A stretch of 64,000 nucleotides of DNA from an uncultured Acidobacteriaceae bacterium (GCA_963725115.1 CAVRXG010000003.1:677734-741733); one strand, 5' to 3'. Shown: positions 30,806 through 46,014, counted from the first letter of the stretch. The notes: generated from the letters alone by a model not told the origin. Numbers and translations are program-made.

Positions 30806-31216
30806 ATGTCCACACAAGTTCTTCATGCCGCGCTCGATTTAGCCAATATCGACCTGGCTAACATTGGGCCGGCATCGCGCTACATCCGCGAGACGCGCAT
30901 TGAACTTCTCGATCACGAGAAAGAGGAACTCGCTGCATTGCGCTTCTCCATTATTCTTACCTCGCGCTGGGTGGCGTCGGAAGATGAAGCGCTCGGCCGC
31001 CGCGCCGAACTACGCGGTGAGCTCAAGTTGCTGCGCAACCACTACGGCGACAAGATCGACGAAATCGCCATGACCTTCGGTGTTCAGCAGGCGATGGAGA
31101 CAGCGGACGAAGTGGAGCGCACTGTCATTGTCCCTCTCGAATTGAAGCCGATTCCCATCAAGACCGGCGGTCAGGATCACAGTGATGGCTATGTCGAAGA
31201 GGACTGGGGCCTCTGA
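30806..31216 (+). CDS. Hypothetical protein
   Basis: TAAGGAGG RBS, 136-aa ORF followed by a terminator. Confidence 0.75.
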   Translation: MSTQVLHAALDLANIDLANIGPASRYIRETRIELLDHEKEELAALRFSIILTSRWVASEDEALGRRAELRGELKLLRNHYGDKIDEIAMTFGVQQAMETADEVERTVIVPLELKPIPIKTGGQDHSDGYVEEDWGL

Positions 31217-31253
31217 CTGCTGGTCGCTCCAGCGTCTCGTAGCACGCTCACGC

Positions 31254-31296
31254 AAAAATGCGCCACTTCCAATTACGGAAGTGGCGCATTTATTTT
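31254..31296. terminator. Bidirectional rho-independent terminator
   Basis: AAATGCGCCACTTCC-AATTAC-GGAAGTGGCGCATTT flanked by A/T runs between convergent genes. Confidence 0.85.
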
Positions 31297-31320
31297 GCGT
31301 TCTAAATTAAACGTCTGATG

Positions 31321-32371
31321 CTACTTGGCCGCCAGCGAAGGCCGCGTATCCAGCGATCCGTTCGCATAGCCCTTGGCCATCTCTGTAATCGGAATCGGCG
31401 CGTAGTCGCCGGCGTGCCCCGCCTGACCAAACTCCGTCATGCGCGCCGCAACCACCTTCGCCATCGCCTCGCGCGCCGGCTTCATGTAGTCGCGCGGATC
31501 GAACTTCTCCGGGCTCTCCGCGAACACCTTGCGGATGGCGCCGGTAATCGCCAGCCGATTGTCCGTGTCCACATTGATCTTGCGCACGCCGTTGCGAATG
31601 CCGAGCTGAATCTCCTCAACCGGCACGCCCCACGTCGGCTTCAGCTTTCCGCCGTACTCGTTGATGACGTCCTGCAGATCCTTCGGCACCGACGAGCTGC
31701 CGTGCATCACCAGGTGCGTGTGCGGCAGGCGCCCGTGAATCTCGATCAGAAGGTCCATCTTCAGCACGCTGCCGTCTGGCTTTTTGTTGAACTTGTAAGC
31801 GCCGTGGCTGGTGCCGATCGCGATGGCCAGCGCGTCCACGCCGGTGCGCTCCGCAAACTCGACCGCCTGGTCGGGATCGGTCACGTGCTCCAGGCCCGTG
31901 CCGCCAGCGCCGTGGCCGTCTTCAATGCCGCCCAGCACGCCGATCTCGCCCTCAACCGTCACGCCGCGCTCGTGCGCGTAATCGACCACGCGCCGCGTGA
32001 CCTCGACATTTTGCTCAAAGCTCGACGGCGTCTTGCCGTCCTCCAGCAGCGACCCGTCCATCATCACGCTCGTGTAGCCCAGCGCGATGGCGCTCTTGCA
32101 GGTCTCAAAGCTGTTGCCGTGATCCTGGTGCATGGCGATCGGAATATCGGGATTCAACTCCGCCGCCGCCTGAATCAGCTTGAACAAATAAAGATCTTCT
32201 GCAAACTGCGCGCGCGCCGCGGCTCGCCTGCACGATCACCGGCGACTTGGTCTGCTTGGCCGCCATCATGATGGCCTGAATCTGTTCCATGTCGTTGACG
32301 TTGAATGCGCCGACGCCGTATCCGCCCTTGGCAGCTTCATCGAGGAGCTGCCGCATCGATACAAGAGGCAT
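31321..32371 (-). CDS. fba: Fructose-bisphosphate aldolase class II (apparent frameshift near 32200)
   Basis: [54 protein letters not shown]. Confidence 0.95.
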
Positions 32372-32572
32372 AGAGATTCTCCTTTGTGTTGGCTTCGGCC
32401 GCGCTGGAATTGCCGCGAGTGAGCATGGCCGTGAGAACTGAGTCATCCCTATGTTAGCAGAGGGTCGCGTGGAAGAAATCCGGATCGCACCCAACCGCTG
32501 CGCGGCTGCTCTACGGAATCAATGCGACGCGCCGCAACCAGATAGTAGGAGCGCCCGCGTGAGCACGATTAT

Positions 32573-32636
32573 GGGATGCCCCATCCTAGCCGGGTTTTTG
32601 TTTTTCCGGCTAGGGTGGGAAAGCACAAACCCAAAC
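32573..32636. repeat. REP-like element, family A, intergenic copy
   Basis: GGGATG-CCCCATCCTAGCCGG-GTTTTTGTTTTT-CCGGCTAGGGTGGG-AAAGCAC. Confidence 0.85.
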
Positions 32637-32654
32637 CTCCGTCGCAGCCAGCTC

Positions 32655-33878
32655 TCACGCATAACAAATCTGTCCCAGCACCACCGCCCGCTTCGCCCCC
32701 GTCGCCGCCGGCACGTTTCCCGGCAGCCGATGCCATGATTGCCACGCCAGCAGCGCAAATGCCGCGGCCTCCTTGGCCTCGGCGGGCATTCCGAATTTCT
32801 CGCTCGTCGTCACAGCGCATCCCAGCGGTTCCAGCCGCGCGGCCAGCATTGCCACCAGCGTTTTGTTCCGCGCTCCGCCGCCGGAAACAATAAAGTCGAC
32901 CTCGTGCCCTTTCATCTTCGCCCGCACGAAATCGCGCGTAGCTCCGCGCAATTGTCTCGGCGGTTAGCGCCGTCGCCGTGGCCAGCGCATCATGATTGTT
33001 CTTGCTGTGCCGCCTGCACGCGGCCAGAAATTCCGCCGCGTAGGCCCGCCCAAACTGCTCGCGTCCTGCGGTCTTCGGCGGCTTGAGATCGAAATAACGA
33101 TGGCGCAGCGCCGCCGACAAAACCGGCGCGAGCACCGTTCCCTTCGCCGCCAGCGCACCATCGCGATCGAATGCCTTGCCAAACAGTTTCTGCGCCAGCC
33201 AGTCGATCACCATGTTTCCCGGCCCCGTGTCGAAGGCAATCAACTTGTCCGGTCCGGCGCCCGCAGGAATCGCCGTCAGATTTGCAATGCCGCCGATGTT
33301 CTGCAGCACGCGCCCGCGCTTTGCGTCGGCAAACAGCACATAGTCGAGCAGCGGAACCAGCGGCGCTCCCTGTCCGCCGGCCAGCATATCCATCGGCCGA
33401 AAGTTTGAAACCACCGGAACGCCGAGCGCTGCAGCAATCGCCTGCGCCTCGCCCGCCTGCCACGTGCACGCAAATTTTCGCCCTGCGTAAGACTCTGAGC
33501 GCGGCTGGTGGTAGAGCGTCTGCCCGTGACAACCCACCAGGTCGAGCTTCATTTTGTGTTTGCGCGAAGTTTCTTTCACCGCCTCCGCATAAGCCAGCCC
33601 CAGCCGCCAGTTCAGCCGCGCCAGCTCCGCCGTCGAAGTCGACTTCGCATTCATCGCCGCCAGCACCGCGCGGCGCAGCGCAGCAGGGAAGGGAAACGCC
33701 TCATGCGCCAGCAGCGTGAGCTTCGGCTTCGCGAGATAGGGTTGCCCCTCCTAACCGCGTTTTTGTTTTTGCGGTTAGGGTGGGATAGCGATATCCGCAC
33801 AACCGCCACATCAATCCCATCGGCCGAAGTGCCACTCATGACTCCTGCTACAGTCATTGCGCTTGGATTCATGGACAC
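32655..33878 (-). CDS. anmK: Anhydro-N-acetylmuramic acid kinase (apparent frameshifts near 33749 and 32935)
   Basis: GVMSGTSADGIDVA, GCHGQTLYH, GGQGAPLVP, QNIGGIANLT, FDTGPGN, PKTAGREQFG, SGGGARN, KEAAAFALLA. Confidence 0.95.
33739..33789. repeat. REP-like element, family A, inside anmK CDS
   Basis: GGGTTGCCCCTCCTAACCGC-GTTTTTGTTTTT-GCGGTTAGGGTGGGATAGC; loop identical to the 32573 copy. Confidence 0.85.
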
Positions 33879-34988
33879 CTGGCTCCTAATTGTTTAGTGG
33901 TTTGTGCGATGCTTTCACCGAATTGCAGAATCCTCGTCCGCAGCGCCTCGAATTCTTTCTTGCTCAGCGCCGTCGGCATTGCCGCGCGAAGCATCTTCTT
34001 GCGCTTCCGCTCCGAATCTTTGGCACGCGCAAGCAGCAGCCTTCCAAACGCCGCCGACCGCTCGCCCTCGGCGATCAGCGCCTCATACACGTTCTGAATC
34101 GGCTCCGGATGATGGCAGATCAGCAACAAATCCGAGCCCACGCGAACTGCTTCCACCGCCGCGTCTCCCATCGGCATGAACTTCGCTACGCCGCCCATCT
34201 CCAGATCGTCCGACAGAACGATGCCGCGATAGCCGATCCGCTTTCTCAGCACCTCGCTCACCCAGAAATGCGACACGCTGGCCGGCCGCTCCTGGTCCTT
34301 CGTCAGGGGATACGCCGCGTGATTCACCATCACCATCGGCAGTTCGTCGCGCAGCGCGCGGTAAGGCTCCAGATCCTCCGCCGACAGCTGCTGCCATGTG
34401 CGACGAATCTTCGGCGTCTCCAGATGCGAGTCGAGCGTTCCGCCGCCCAGGCCAGGAAAATGCTTTCCGCATCCCGCCACGCCCCTGCGCCGCAAGCCCA
34501 GCCAGAAATTCACGCGCATATGCCACACACGTCCGCAGCTGTCGACCCGGCGCATCGCGTCCCCATCACCTTTTCCGATTCCGGCAGCGCCGAGATCGAG
34601 CACCGGCGCCAGCGGCGAGTTGAATCCGAAAGCCTTCACCGCCTCCGCAATCAGCTCTCCGTGCTCGCGCGCAAGCGCACCGTGCCCTGTTGCGCGCGCA
34701 GCCTTCGCCACCGCCTCGCACCGGCGGAATCGGCGCAAGCGCATCCCGAAGCCGATCCACCGTTCCGCCTTCCACATCGACGAACCGCGCGCAACGCGGC
34801 GTGCAAAAAGCAGTCGCCTCCGCGAGCAGCGCCCGCGTCTGCTTCGCATTCTCGATATTTCGGCGAAACAAAATAATCCCCGCCGGCCGCAAAAGCTTCA
34901 GCCACGCGCGCTCCATGCGCGGTCAGCTCCGCCCCTTCAAGCCCCACCACCAGCAAACTTCCCGCCGCCTGCGCAAACTTTGCGTCAT
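33869..34988 (-). CDS. nagZ: Beta-N-acetylhexosaminidase (GH3), several apparent frameshifts
   Basis: GIILFRRN, VDVEGG.VDRLR, APVLDL, KHFPGLGG...DSH, SDDLEMG. Confidence 0.9.
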
Positions 34989-35024
34989 CTTCTCTAAATC
35001 TCCAATCTTTCTCGCATCTCGTCG

Positions 35025-37880
<2,856 letters not shown>

Positions 37881-38136
37881 GTTAGGTTCAAGACTATCGC
37901 GATACCGCGCCGAGGCGATAGCGGAGTTCATGACCGAAATTCCACCGTTCACGCCCGGACTCGCGTTCGGGTTCGCCCCGCTCGCCCCGCCGTCCATCCA
38001 GCGTAAAAAAACAAAGCTCCTCGACCTACGCCGCCGCCATGTACAATCGCTCGGTCGTTTGAACCCGGCAAATTCCCGGCAGATCGGGCATTCGCTCAAA
38101 TCGCCGAATTCAAGATCACCAATGGAGGAAACAAAA

Positions 38137-38940
38137 ATGTCCAGCAAGAAACGCTCAATCTTTCTCGCGCTGTTCTCCGTCGCCGTCCTCTGCGCAGCTA
38201 CGGCTTCTCAAGCTCAGTCACCGCTCGACGGCACCTGGCGCACTGATCTGGCTCAAACCAAATACAGCCCCAAGCCGCTCACTTTCTACATCAGCCAGGG
38301 CTGGTATCACTGCACTGGCAGTTGCAACCCGGCCTACGACATCGCGGCTGACGGTCAGGATCACGCTGTCGCCGGCCACTCCTACGACACATTGGCTGTC
38401 ACCGTCGTCGACGACCACACCATCTCCGCGGTCGCCAAAAAAGGCGGCACGGTGACGTTTGAGCAGACTCGCACTGTTTCTGCCGACGGCAAGACGCTTA
38501 CCGTCAAAACTGTCGATCACCCCATGAGCGGCGGCGCGCCTTCAACCTTCGAATCGACGGCGAAGCGCAGCGGCAAGTTGGCTTCAGGCGTCCACGCCAC
38601 CTCGGGCGACTGGATCATCGTCAAGCAGAGCGGCGGCGGCAATGCGCTGCTCACCACCTATAAAACCAGCGGCGATCAAATCACCATGTCCGATCCGACC
38701 GGCTCGGGCTACACTGCCAAATTTGATGGAAGCGATTACCCCGTCCACGGCGCTTATGGCTACGACGCCGTCTCCCTGAAGAAAATCAACGCCCACACCT
38801 TCGAGGAGACCGACAAGCGCAATGGCACCGTGACCGACGTCTCGACCATCACCATCTCGGCCAACGGCAAGACCATGACCGTGGTTGACACCGACAAGCT
38901 GACTGGCCGCGTGGACACCTTCACCGCAACCAAGCAGTAG
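38137..38940 (+). CDS. Exported hypothetical protein with two internal beta-rich repeats
   Basis: GGAGG RBS, signal peptide, repeated GxW...Y.a..DG.d..V...D...t.SadGKTlTv units. Confidence 0.8.
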   Translation: MSSKKRSIFLALFSVAVLCAATASQAQSPLDGTWRTDLAQTKYSPKPLTFYISQGWYHCTGSCNPAYDIAADGQDHAVAGHSYDTLAVTVVDDHTISAVAKKGGTVTFEQTRTVSADGKTLTVKTVDHPMSGGAPSTFESTAKRSGKLASGVHATSGDWIIVKQSGGGNALLTTYKTSGDQITMSDPTGSGYTAKFDGSDYPVHGAYGYDAVSLKKINAHTFEETDKRNGTVTDVSTITISANGKTMTVVDTDKLTGRVDTFTATKQ

Positions 38941-39133
38941 TAACGACCTCTACACCATGAACGAGTCAATTGGCCCCAAGTCCGCCGTCGATCATCGCGG
39001 CGGACTGCGGCCGAATACGCCGACCTGAATTTCTCCACCAAAAGAAGTGCATCGAGTGATTGAAATCACATGCAATCGCCGCTCTTCCGCGCAAACTGGC
39101 TCTCTCAAGCGCGTAAACCAGAGGGCCCGCTTC

Positions 39134-39331
39134 ATGAACAACACCGTCTTGCTTCAGAAGCTCATTGCCATTGAACGATCTATCGGCACTGCCGACAACG
39201 GCACGCTGCGCCAGCTCGTCTACGAGGCCGAAGATTGCCTGCTTGAGATCCAAAAGGAGCGTGCGCAGAGTTTTATCCTGGACTCCAGCCGCGACGCCAT
39301 GCCCCGCTTTCATATGACAGGCGAGATCTAG
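39134..39331 (+). CDS. Small hypothetical protein
   Basis: MNNTVLLQKLIAIERSIG..., helical composition, GAGGG RBS. Confidence 0.55.
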   Translation: MNNTVLLQKLIAIERSIGTADNGTLRQLVYEAEDCLLEIQKERAQSFILDSSRDAMPRFHMTGEI

Positions 39332-39495
39332 CAGACCCAAAGCCTTGATAAGCCCTCCCCGGCTTTCATCTCCGCGTGGCTTCCCTCCTAAAGCGATCCT
39401 TCATTTCGCCCGCGCCGTCGCCGCTCCCGCCGATCTCCGGTCCGATAAACTGCGGCCCGGTATACTGAAGGGTTACGCCTAACGTAGAACCTGCC

Positions 39496-40331
39496 ATGTA
39501 CCTGCTTTGGCTACGAGTTGCGGCCATTCTCTATGCCGGTGGATGTGTCGCCGTCTTCCCGGCGGTGCTCTCGAACTCCATCCCCTGGCGGAAGACCTGC
39601 GTCCATCTCGGCGGCCTTGCGTTCTTCTTCCATTTCGTCTCCATCGTTGAAATGCTCGTCCTCGCGCACCGCTGGATGCCGGTCGGCGTGCGCGAGATCG
39701 AGTCGCTGCTCGGCTTTGCCGTGGCCGGCCTCTTTTTCCTCGTCTGGTGGCTCTACGACGCCATCTCGCTCGGCATCTTTGCGCTGCCGGCGACATTCTT
39801 TCTGGTCTTTATTCCCGCGCTCGGGCCCGGACCGCTACCGTTTCCCATCGCAGGGTGTGCGCATCAGCTGGCTCGTGGCGCATATCGTTGCGCTGCTGCT
39901 GGCCTACGCGGCGCTCTGCTTCAGCCTGCTCGCCTCCGTGCTCTATCTCGTGCAGGAGCGGCGCATCAAAGCCAAGCTCAAGCCCGGCAAGCCGAACGAT
40001 GGCACCGCTCGACTGGCTGCCGCCGCTCGACACGCTTGAGCGCATCGCCCTCGCCACGCTCGAATTCGGTTTTCCCTGCATGACCGTCGGCCTGATCATC
40101 GGCTCCGTCCTGGCGCAGGAGACCTCGCTCGGCGCGGCCTACTTCCTCGATCCCAAGGTCATTGCCTCCTTCGTCATGTGGGTCGTTTACGTAGCTCTGC
40201 TGCTGGTGCGGCGCAGCGCGGCTCTGCGCGGGCGCAGGGCAGCCTATGTCTCCGGCGCGGCTCTCGTCGTCATGATGGCCGTCTGGGCCGCCAACCTCTT
40301 CAGCCACGTGCACAGGTTCGGTCCCCAATGA
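39496..40331 (+). CDS. ccsA: CcsA/HemX-like cytochrome c assembly family membrane protein (apparent frameshifts)
   Basis: Multiple TMs, HI...LLAYAAL, LPPLDTLE, GF..MTVGLI.G, DPK, LRGRRAA; overlaps hemA. Confidence 0.75.
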
Positions 40332-41703
40332 CGCTCACTCTCATTGGCGTGAATCACAAAACGGCGCCCATCGCGCTGCGCGAGAAGATCGCCATCGGCC
40401 GCGACGAGCTTGCCGAAACCACGCGCGCCCTGGCTGCCACGCCGGGCGTCGCCGAGTGCATGATCGTCTCCACCTGCAATCGCGTTGAGCTGCTGGCCGT
40501 CGTCGAAGGCGATACCGTCTCCGTCGCCGCATTTCTCTCGCAGCCACTTCGGCATCGACGCCTCAGTCCTCGCGCCTCACCTCTACGAGTACCGCGATAA
40601 GGATGCCGTCAGCCATCTCTTCCGCATGGCCGCCAGCCTCGATTCCATGGTCGTCGGCGAGCCGCAGATTCTCGGCCAGGTGAAAGAAGCCTTCGCCGTG
40701 GCGCGCGCCGCCGGAACCATCTCCGCGCCAACTCGATCACCTGCTGCAGAGCGCATTCGCCGCCGCCAAAAAAGCGCGCAGCGAAACCGGCATCGGCTCC
40801 AACTCCGTCTCCATCGCATCCGTGGCCGTCGATCTGGCGCGCAAAATCTTCGGCTCGCTTGAGGGCCGCACCGTCTTTCTGGTCGGCGCAGGCAAAATGA
40901 GCGAGATCGCCGCGCGTCATCTTGTGCAGCAGGGCGCGGGCGCCATTCTCGTCAGCAATCGCACCGCCGAGCGCGCGCGCCGCATGGCCGAGGAGTTTTC
41001 CGGCGCAGTTGTCCCCGAGGTCATCGACTTCGAGCAGCTCTACGACGCCGCCAGCCGCGCCGACATCGTCATCAGCTCCACCGGCGCGCCGCATCCCATC
41101 TTCCGCCGCGAGCACGGCCAGGCCTTTCTGCACAAGCGCCGCAACCGGCCCATGTTCTTCATCGATATTGCCGTCCCGCGCGACGTCGATCCGGAGATGA
41201 ACAAGCTCGACGGCATCTTCGTCTACGACATCGACGACCTGCAGCAGGTCGCCGCCGCGCACATGGAAGAGCGCAGCCGTCAGGCCATCGACGCCGAGGC
41301 GCTCATCGCCGCCGAGGTCGAGCGCTTCCATCAGCGCCAGCGCACCGTCAACGCCGCGCCGGCCATCGTCGCGCTGCAAAAGCGAGCCGAAGAAATTCGC
41401 ATCGCCGAGATCGAGCGCATTCACTCGCGTCTCGGCACGCTCACCGCCGAGCAGCTTGCGGCCGTCGAAGCGCTCACCCGCGGTCTCGTCAACAAATTTC
41501 TCCATCCGCCCATGCAGGCCATCAAGCAGGCGGCGCGCGAAGGCGACTTCGCAAAACTCGATGCGCTCTGCGAGGAGTGGTCGGTCTCAACCGCCGCGCC
41601 AGGCGAAGGCGATTCCGCCACGGCGATCCCGGCGGCCACGAACGAGGAAGCCGTCGCGAGCCCCGACAGCACTCTGGAGCCGGAGGCTCGCAAGAAAGCT
41701 TGA
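40328..41703 (+). CDS. hemA: Glutamyl-tRNA reductase (apparent frameshifts)
   Basis: [48 protein letters not shown]. Confidence 0.95.
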
Positions 41704-41754
41704 GAGCACAGCCGCAGGCGAAGCCGGTCGCGAGGCCAGCATTGAGGCGCGCCG

Positions 41755-42713
41755 ATGAAACTGCGCATCGGCAGTCGTGGATCGCAGCTTGCTCTCTGGC
41801 AGGCCAATCACATCGCCGAACTGCTGCGCGTCCAGGGTCACGAAGTCGAAATCGAGATCATCAAAACCACCGGCGATCGCCTTCAGGAAGTCACCTTCGC
41901 CGAGGTCGGCTCCAAGGGCATGTTCACCAAGGAGATTGAAGAGGCACTCGCCGACTGCCGCATCGATCTCGCCGTGCACTCGCTCAAGGATCTGCCCGAC
42001 TGACCTTCCGGCCGGTTTCGCGCTCGCAGCCACGCCCGTCCGTGCCGATCCACGCGACGTCTTTGTCTCCATCAACTACGCCAGCCTCGCCGAGCTGCCG
42101 CGCCACGCCCGCGTGGGCACCAGCAGCCAGCGCCGCCGCGCTCAGTTGAAGGCTTTGCGCAAAGACGTAGAGGCCGTCGAATTTCGCGGCAACGTCGACA
42201 CGCGCCTGCGCAAGCTGGCCGAGGGCCAGGTCGACGCGATTCTGCTCGCCGCCGCCGGTCTCGACCGTCTCGGCAAAACCGATTGGGTGCGCGAGCGCCT
42301 CGATCCGCAGGATTTTTGCCCCGCCGCCGGCCAGGGCGCGCTGGCCATCGAGATTCGCAGCGGCGATGTGGAGACCCTCGCGGCGGTGACATTTCTCGAC
42401 CACGCCGACACGCGCTTCGCAGTCACGGCGGAGCGCGCGGCTCTGGCTGCACTCGGCGGCGGATGCCAGGTTCCCATCGGCATTCACTGCCGGCCGTCGT
42501 TTGCACGGAACGCTTCCAGCGGCGCATGGGTCGAGATCTTTGGCGTCGTCGCTTCGCCAGAAACCGGCAAGATGATTCGCGTACACCTTCACGCGCCGCG
42601 CGAGAATTCCGATCCTGTCTCGCTGGGACGCGAAGCTGCCGAGGTGCTGTTGGAGGAGGGAGCAGGTTCGATGCTCGCCGCCGGCCGCATGCGCCGCCGG
42701 CGGAGCCGCCTGA
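41755..42713 (+). CDS. hemC: Hydroxymethylbilane synthase (apparent frameshifts)
   Basis: [58 protein letters not shown]. Confidence 0.95.
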
Positions 42714-43493
42714 TGACCGCGCTGCCCCTCGTCGGAAAGCGCGTCCTCGTCACGCGCGCCGCGCACCAGGCCGGCAAATTGAGTGACGGTCTTCGCGCCC
42801 TCGGCATCGAGCCGGTCGAAGTTCCGGTCATCGAAATTCATCCGCCCGCAGACTTCGCCCCGCTCGATCGCGCGCTGCGCTCGCTCTCGAATTACGACTG
42901 GCTCATCCTCACCAGCGCCAACACCGTCCACGCGCTTGCCGACCGTGCTGCGTCGCTCGGCCTCAGTCTCGCCGCCGAGACTGCACCTCAAAGTCGCCGC
43001 GGTCGGCGAAGCCACGGCAACCGCCGCGCGCGACGCAGGCTTGCCCGTCACGCTCGTTCCAGAAACATACGTCGCGGAAAGCCTCGCGGAAGATGCCTTG
43101 CGCGACGCAAACGCGCGGCAAGAAAGTGTTATTAGCCCGCGCCGCCATCGCCCGCGACGTCATTCCCGATGCGCTTCGCGCCGCCGGCGCCACAGTCGAC
43201 GTCGTCGACGCCTACCGCAACGTCATGCCCGAGGCCGCGCCCGCACTCCTGCGCGAAGCTCTGCAAAAAGGGAATCGCCGCAGCCACTTTCACCAGCTCA
43301 TCGAGCGTGACTCATCTCGCCGACGCCGCGCGACGAGGCCGGAATCGCGTTTCCGTTCGCCGGCGTCGCAGCCATCTCCATCGGCCCCATCACCAGCCAG
43401 ACCCTGCGCGACCTCGGCTGGGAACCTGCTGCTGAAGCAACCCAATCCGACGTTCCCGGCCTCATCCAGGCCGTTGCCCGCGCGCTCGATTAA
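42713..43493 (+). CDS. hemD: Uroporphyrinogen-III synthase (apparent frameshifts)
   Basis: GKRVLVTRA..Q, YDWLILTSAN, AAVGEATA, FTSSSSV, SIGPITS. Confidence 0.9.
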
Positions 43494-43527
43494 CTCCGCC
43501 AACTCCGCTAACACCGCGAACTCCGCT
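43492..43527. repeat. 9-bp tandem repeat x4 between convergent hemD and nth
   Basis: aactccgcc aactccgct aacaccgcg aactccgct. Confidence 0.7.
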
Positions 43528-43533
43528 GGTCTT

Positions 43534-44276
43534 CTACGAGCTCCACGTCTTGTCCTTCGACCGGCACAGCGGCTCCAGGTTGCACTCGCGGCATTTTGGA
43601 TTGCGCGCCACGCACACCTTGCGCCCGTGCTGGATGATCTGGTGCGAAAAGCTGATCCACCTGTCGCGCGGCAGAACCTGCATCAGCTCCTGTTCAACCT
43701 TTTCCGCGCGTGTCGCCCTTGGCCAGCTCCAGCCGCCGCGCAATGCGGAAGACGTGCGTGTCGACCACCACGCCCTCAGCCTTGCCGAAGCTCACGCCGA
43801 GCACGACGTTCGCCGTCTTGCGCGCCGCGCCGGGAATCGTGATCAGCTCGGCCAGCGTCTGCGGAACCTCGCCGCCAAAGTCCGCGATGATCTTCTTCGC
43901 CGCGCCCTGAATCGACTTCGCCTTGTTGCGAAAGAATCCCGTCGTTCGAATCAGCTCTTCAAGTTCGGGCAAGCGTCGCCTTGGCCATCGCCGCCGGGGT
44001 AGGGAAGCGCCGGAACAGTTCCGGCGTGACCATGTTCACGCGCACATCGGTGCACTGCGCCGAGAGAATCGTCGCCACCAGCAGCTCCCACGGCGTGCGA
44101 TGATTGAGCGCGCAAACAGCGTTCGGATACGCCTCGTCGAGCCCCTTCAGAATCGCATCGACGCGCTCCTTCGCAAGCGGACCGGCTGTGCTGGTTCGGC
44201 GCGCTGTCCGTTTCGCAGAGGTTTTCTTTGCGGATTTCTTCGGCGCGGCTTTCTTCGTCGGCTTCTTCGCAGGCAT
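43534..44276 (-). CDS. nth: Endonuclease III (apparent frameshifts)
   Basis: [62 protein letters not shown]. Confidence 0.95.
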
Positions 44277-44322
44277 GATTGCGAGTGTAAACTCTCCGGT
44301 CGGCCAAGCGCGTCGGATCTAC

Positions 44323-45170
44323 CTAGAGGGTTCCCGTCAGCCAGTCGCCAAGCTTCTCCACCGGCAGCCGCACCCCGATAAAAAACTGCCCGAACAGCGC
44401 GTACACCGCGCTCACTTCATCGAATCTCATCTCGTAAATCAGCTTCTTGAAGACCACCGGATCGTCGGCGAAGAGATCCACGCCCCACTCCCAATCGTCC
44501 ATCCCGATCGATCCGGAGATGATCTGCTTCACCTCGCCGGCGTATCGCCGCCCGATCATTCCGTGCTCGTGCATCATGCGCTGCCGCTCGGCAAACGGAA
44601 CTGTGTACCAGTTCACCTGCTCGCCGCGCTTGCGGTCCATCGGATAAAAGGACAGATACTTCGCTTCTGGAATTGCCGGCCACAGCCGCGGCTTCATCGC
44701 CTCCGACGCGCGCTCGAGCGATGCGGCAATCTCCGCGTTCCACTCCGGCGGAATGTGCCTCGAATCCCTTGGCCGTCGCAGCATCGTACGTCTTGCGGCT
44801 CGACTCGTAAAGGCCGAGCTCAACAACCGAAACATAAGAGTGGCGAAGCTCGAGAAAATCGTACAGCGGAGTCTGCGCGAGCGCGAGCTCAACCTGATTC
44901 AGCTCCTCCAGTGAGTCGCGAAAGTGAATGAGCATCAAGATCGCCCTTGTGCCCGAGCAGCGAATAAAGCGCCGAACGAACCGGCGCGCTCGCATCCTTC
45001 CGCTCCAAGCCCCGCAGCGTTTCGACTGTGCTGGCGAGAATGCTTCCACGTTCGCCGTCCGCGCGGGACTTCCACGTCTTCCAGTCGAAGCGAAAGATCT
45101 GGTGCAGCACGCTCGATCCTTCAAGCGTCAACGGAACCGGCGGGTGCAAATCAGGTATTGAATCGGCCAC
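44323..45170 (-). CDS. hemQ: Coproheme decarboxylase (chlorite dismutase family; apparent frameshifts)
   Basis: SVVELGLY, FYPMDRKR..NWY, MMHEHGMIGRRYAG, SIGMDDWEWGVDLF, MRFDEVSAVY. Confidence 0.88.
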
Positions 45171-45297
45171 TCTGGCCCCCTTCGAACACATCTCATCCTA
45201 ACAAAGGCAAATTGCAGACGTGTGCAGCGTCTTTTCCCTTCGCGAATCCCATCCAAAACATAAAAGCGCGCGAGCGCCTTATATACTGGGGAGGCTC

Positions 45298-45936
45298 ATG
45301 AGTGAAAAAGTCCTGGCGCTCCTAGTAGATTTCGTGACCCGTGTGATCAGCGCCGGGGGCTATGCAGGCATTGCTGCACTCATGGCCATCAACTCGTCTG
45401 GAATTCCGCTTCCCTCCGAACTCATCATGCCGTTCTCCGGCTACCTGGTTTATCTCGGCCGCTTCAATCTCTTTATGGTCGCGATCGCCGGAATGGTCGG
45501 CTGCAATATCGGCTCGGCCATCGGCTATTGGATCGGCGCCAAAGGCGGACGCCCGTTCGTTGAACGCTATGGCAAATGGGTTCTGATGAGCCATCACGAT
45601 CTGGATCGCATGGGCTGGTTTTTTGCAAAATATGGCTCGATTGCCGTTCTGCTCGCGCGCATGATGCCCGTCGTGCAGACGTTTATTTCCATCCCCGCCG
45701 GAATCGCGCGGATGCCGCGCCTGCGCTTCCACATCTACACGTCTATCGGGTCGCTAATCTGGTACACCTGCCTGGCCTACGCGGGCATGAAGCTTGGAGA
45801 GCGGTGGCACACCGATCCGCGCCTCGAGCAGATCTTTCATCGCTTTCATCTTGTCGTGGAAATTGCTCTTGTCGCGGCCCTCGTGTGGTTTGTCTGGTCG
45901 CATCTGAATCGCGCAAGGCAGCCGAAGACGGCATGA
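45298..45936 (+). CDS. DedA family membrane protein
   Basis: IPLPSELIMPFSG, GGRPFVERYG, F.KYG...V..ARM.P.V.TFISIPAG. Confidence 0.92.
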   Translation: MSEKVLALLVDFVTRVISAGGYAGIAALMAINSSGIPLPSELIMPFSGYLVYLGRFNLFMVAIAGMVGCNIGSAIGYWIGAKGGRPFVERYGKWVLMSHHDLDRMGWFFAKYGSIAVLLARMMPVVQTFISIPAGIARMPRLRFHIYTSIGSLIWYTCLAYAGMKLGERWHTDPRLEQIFHRFHLVVEIALVAALVWFVWSHLNRARQPKTA

Positions 45937-46014
45937 ACAGGCCGCCTCTTTTCTACTTAATCGAGAAGTGAACCTAATTTCGAAATCATCAGCAAAGGAA
46001 GGTTAGGAGAAGCA

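Noticed and set aside
41777-43135. Apparent HemC-HemD fusion ORF
   Set aside because: A TGATG stop/start overlap at 42711-42715 is the usual operon junction; one indel just upstream explains the read-through.
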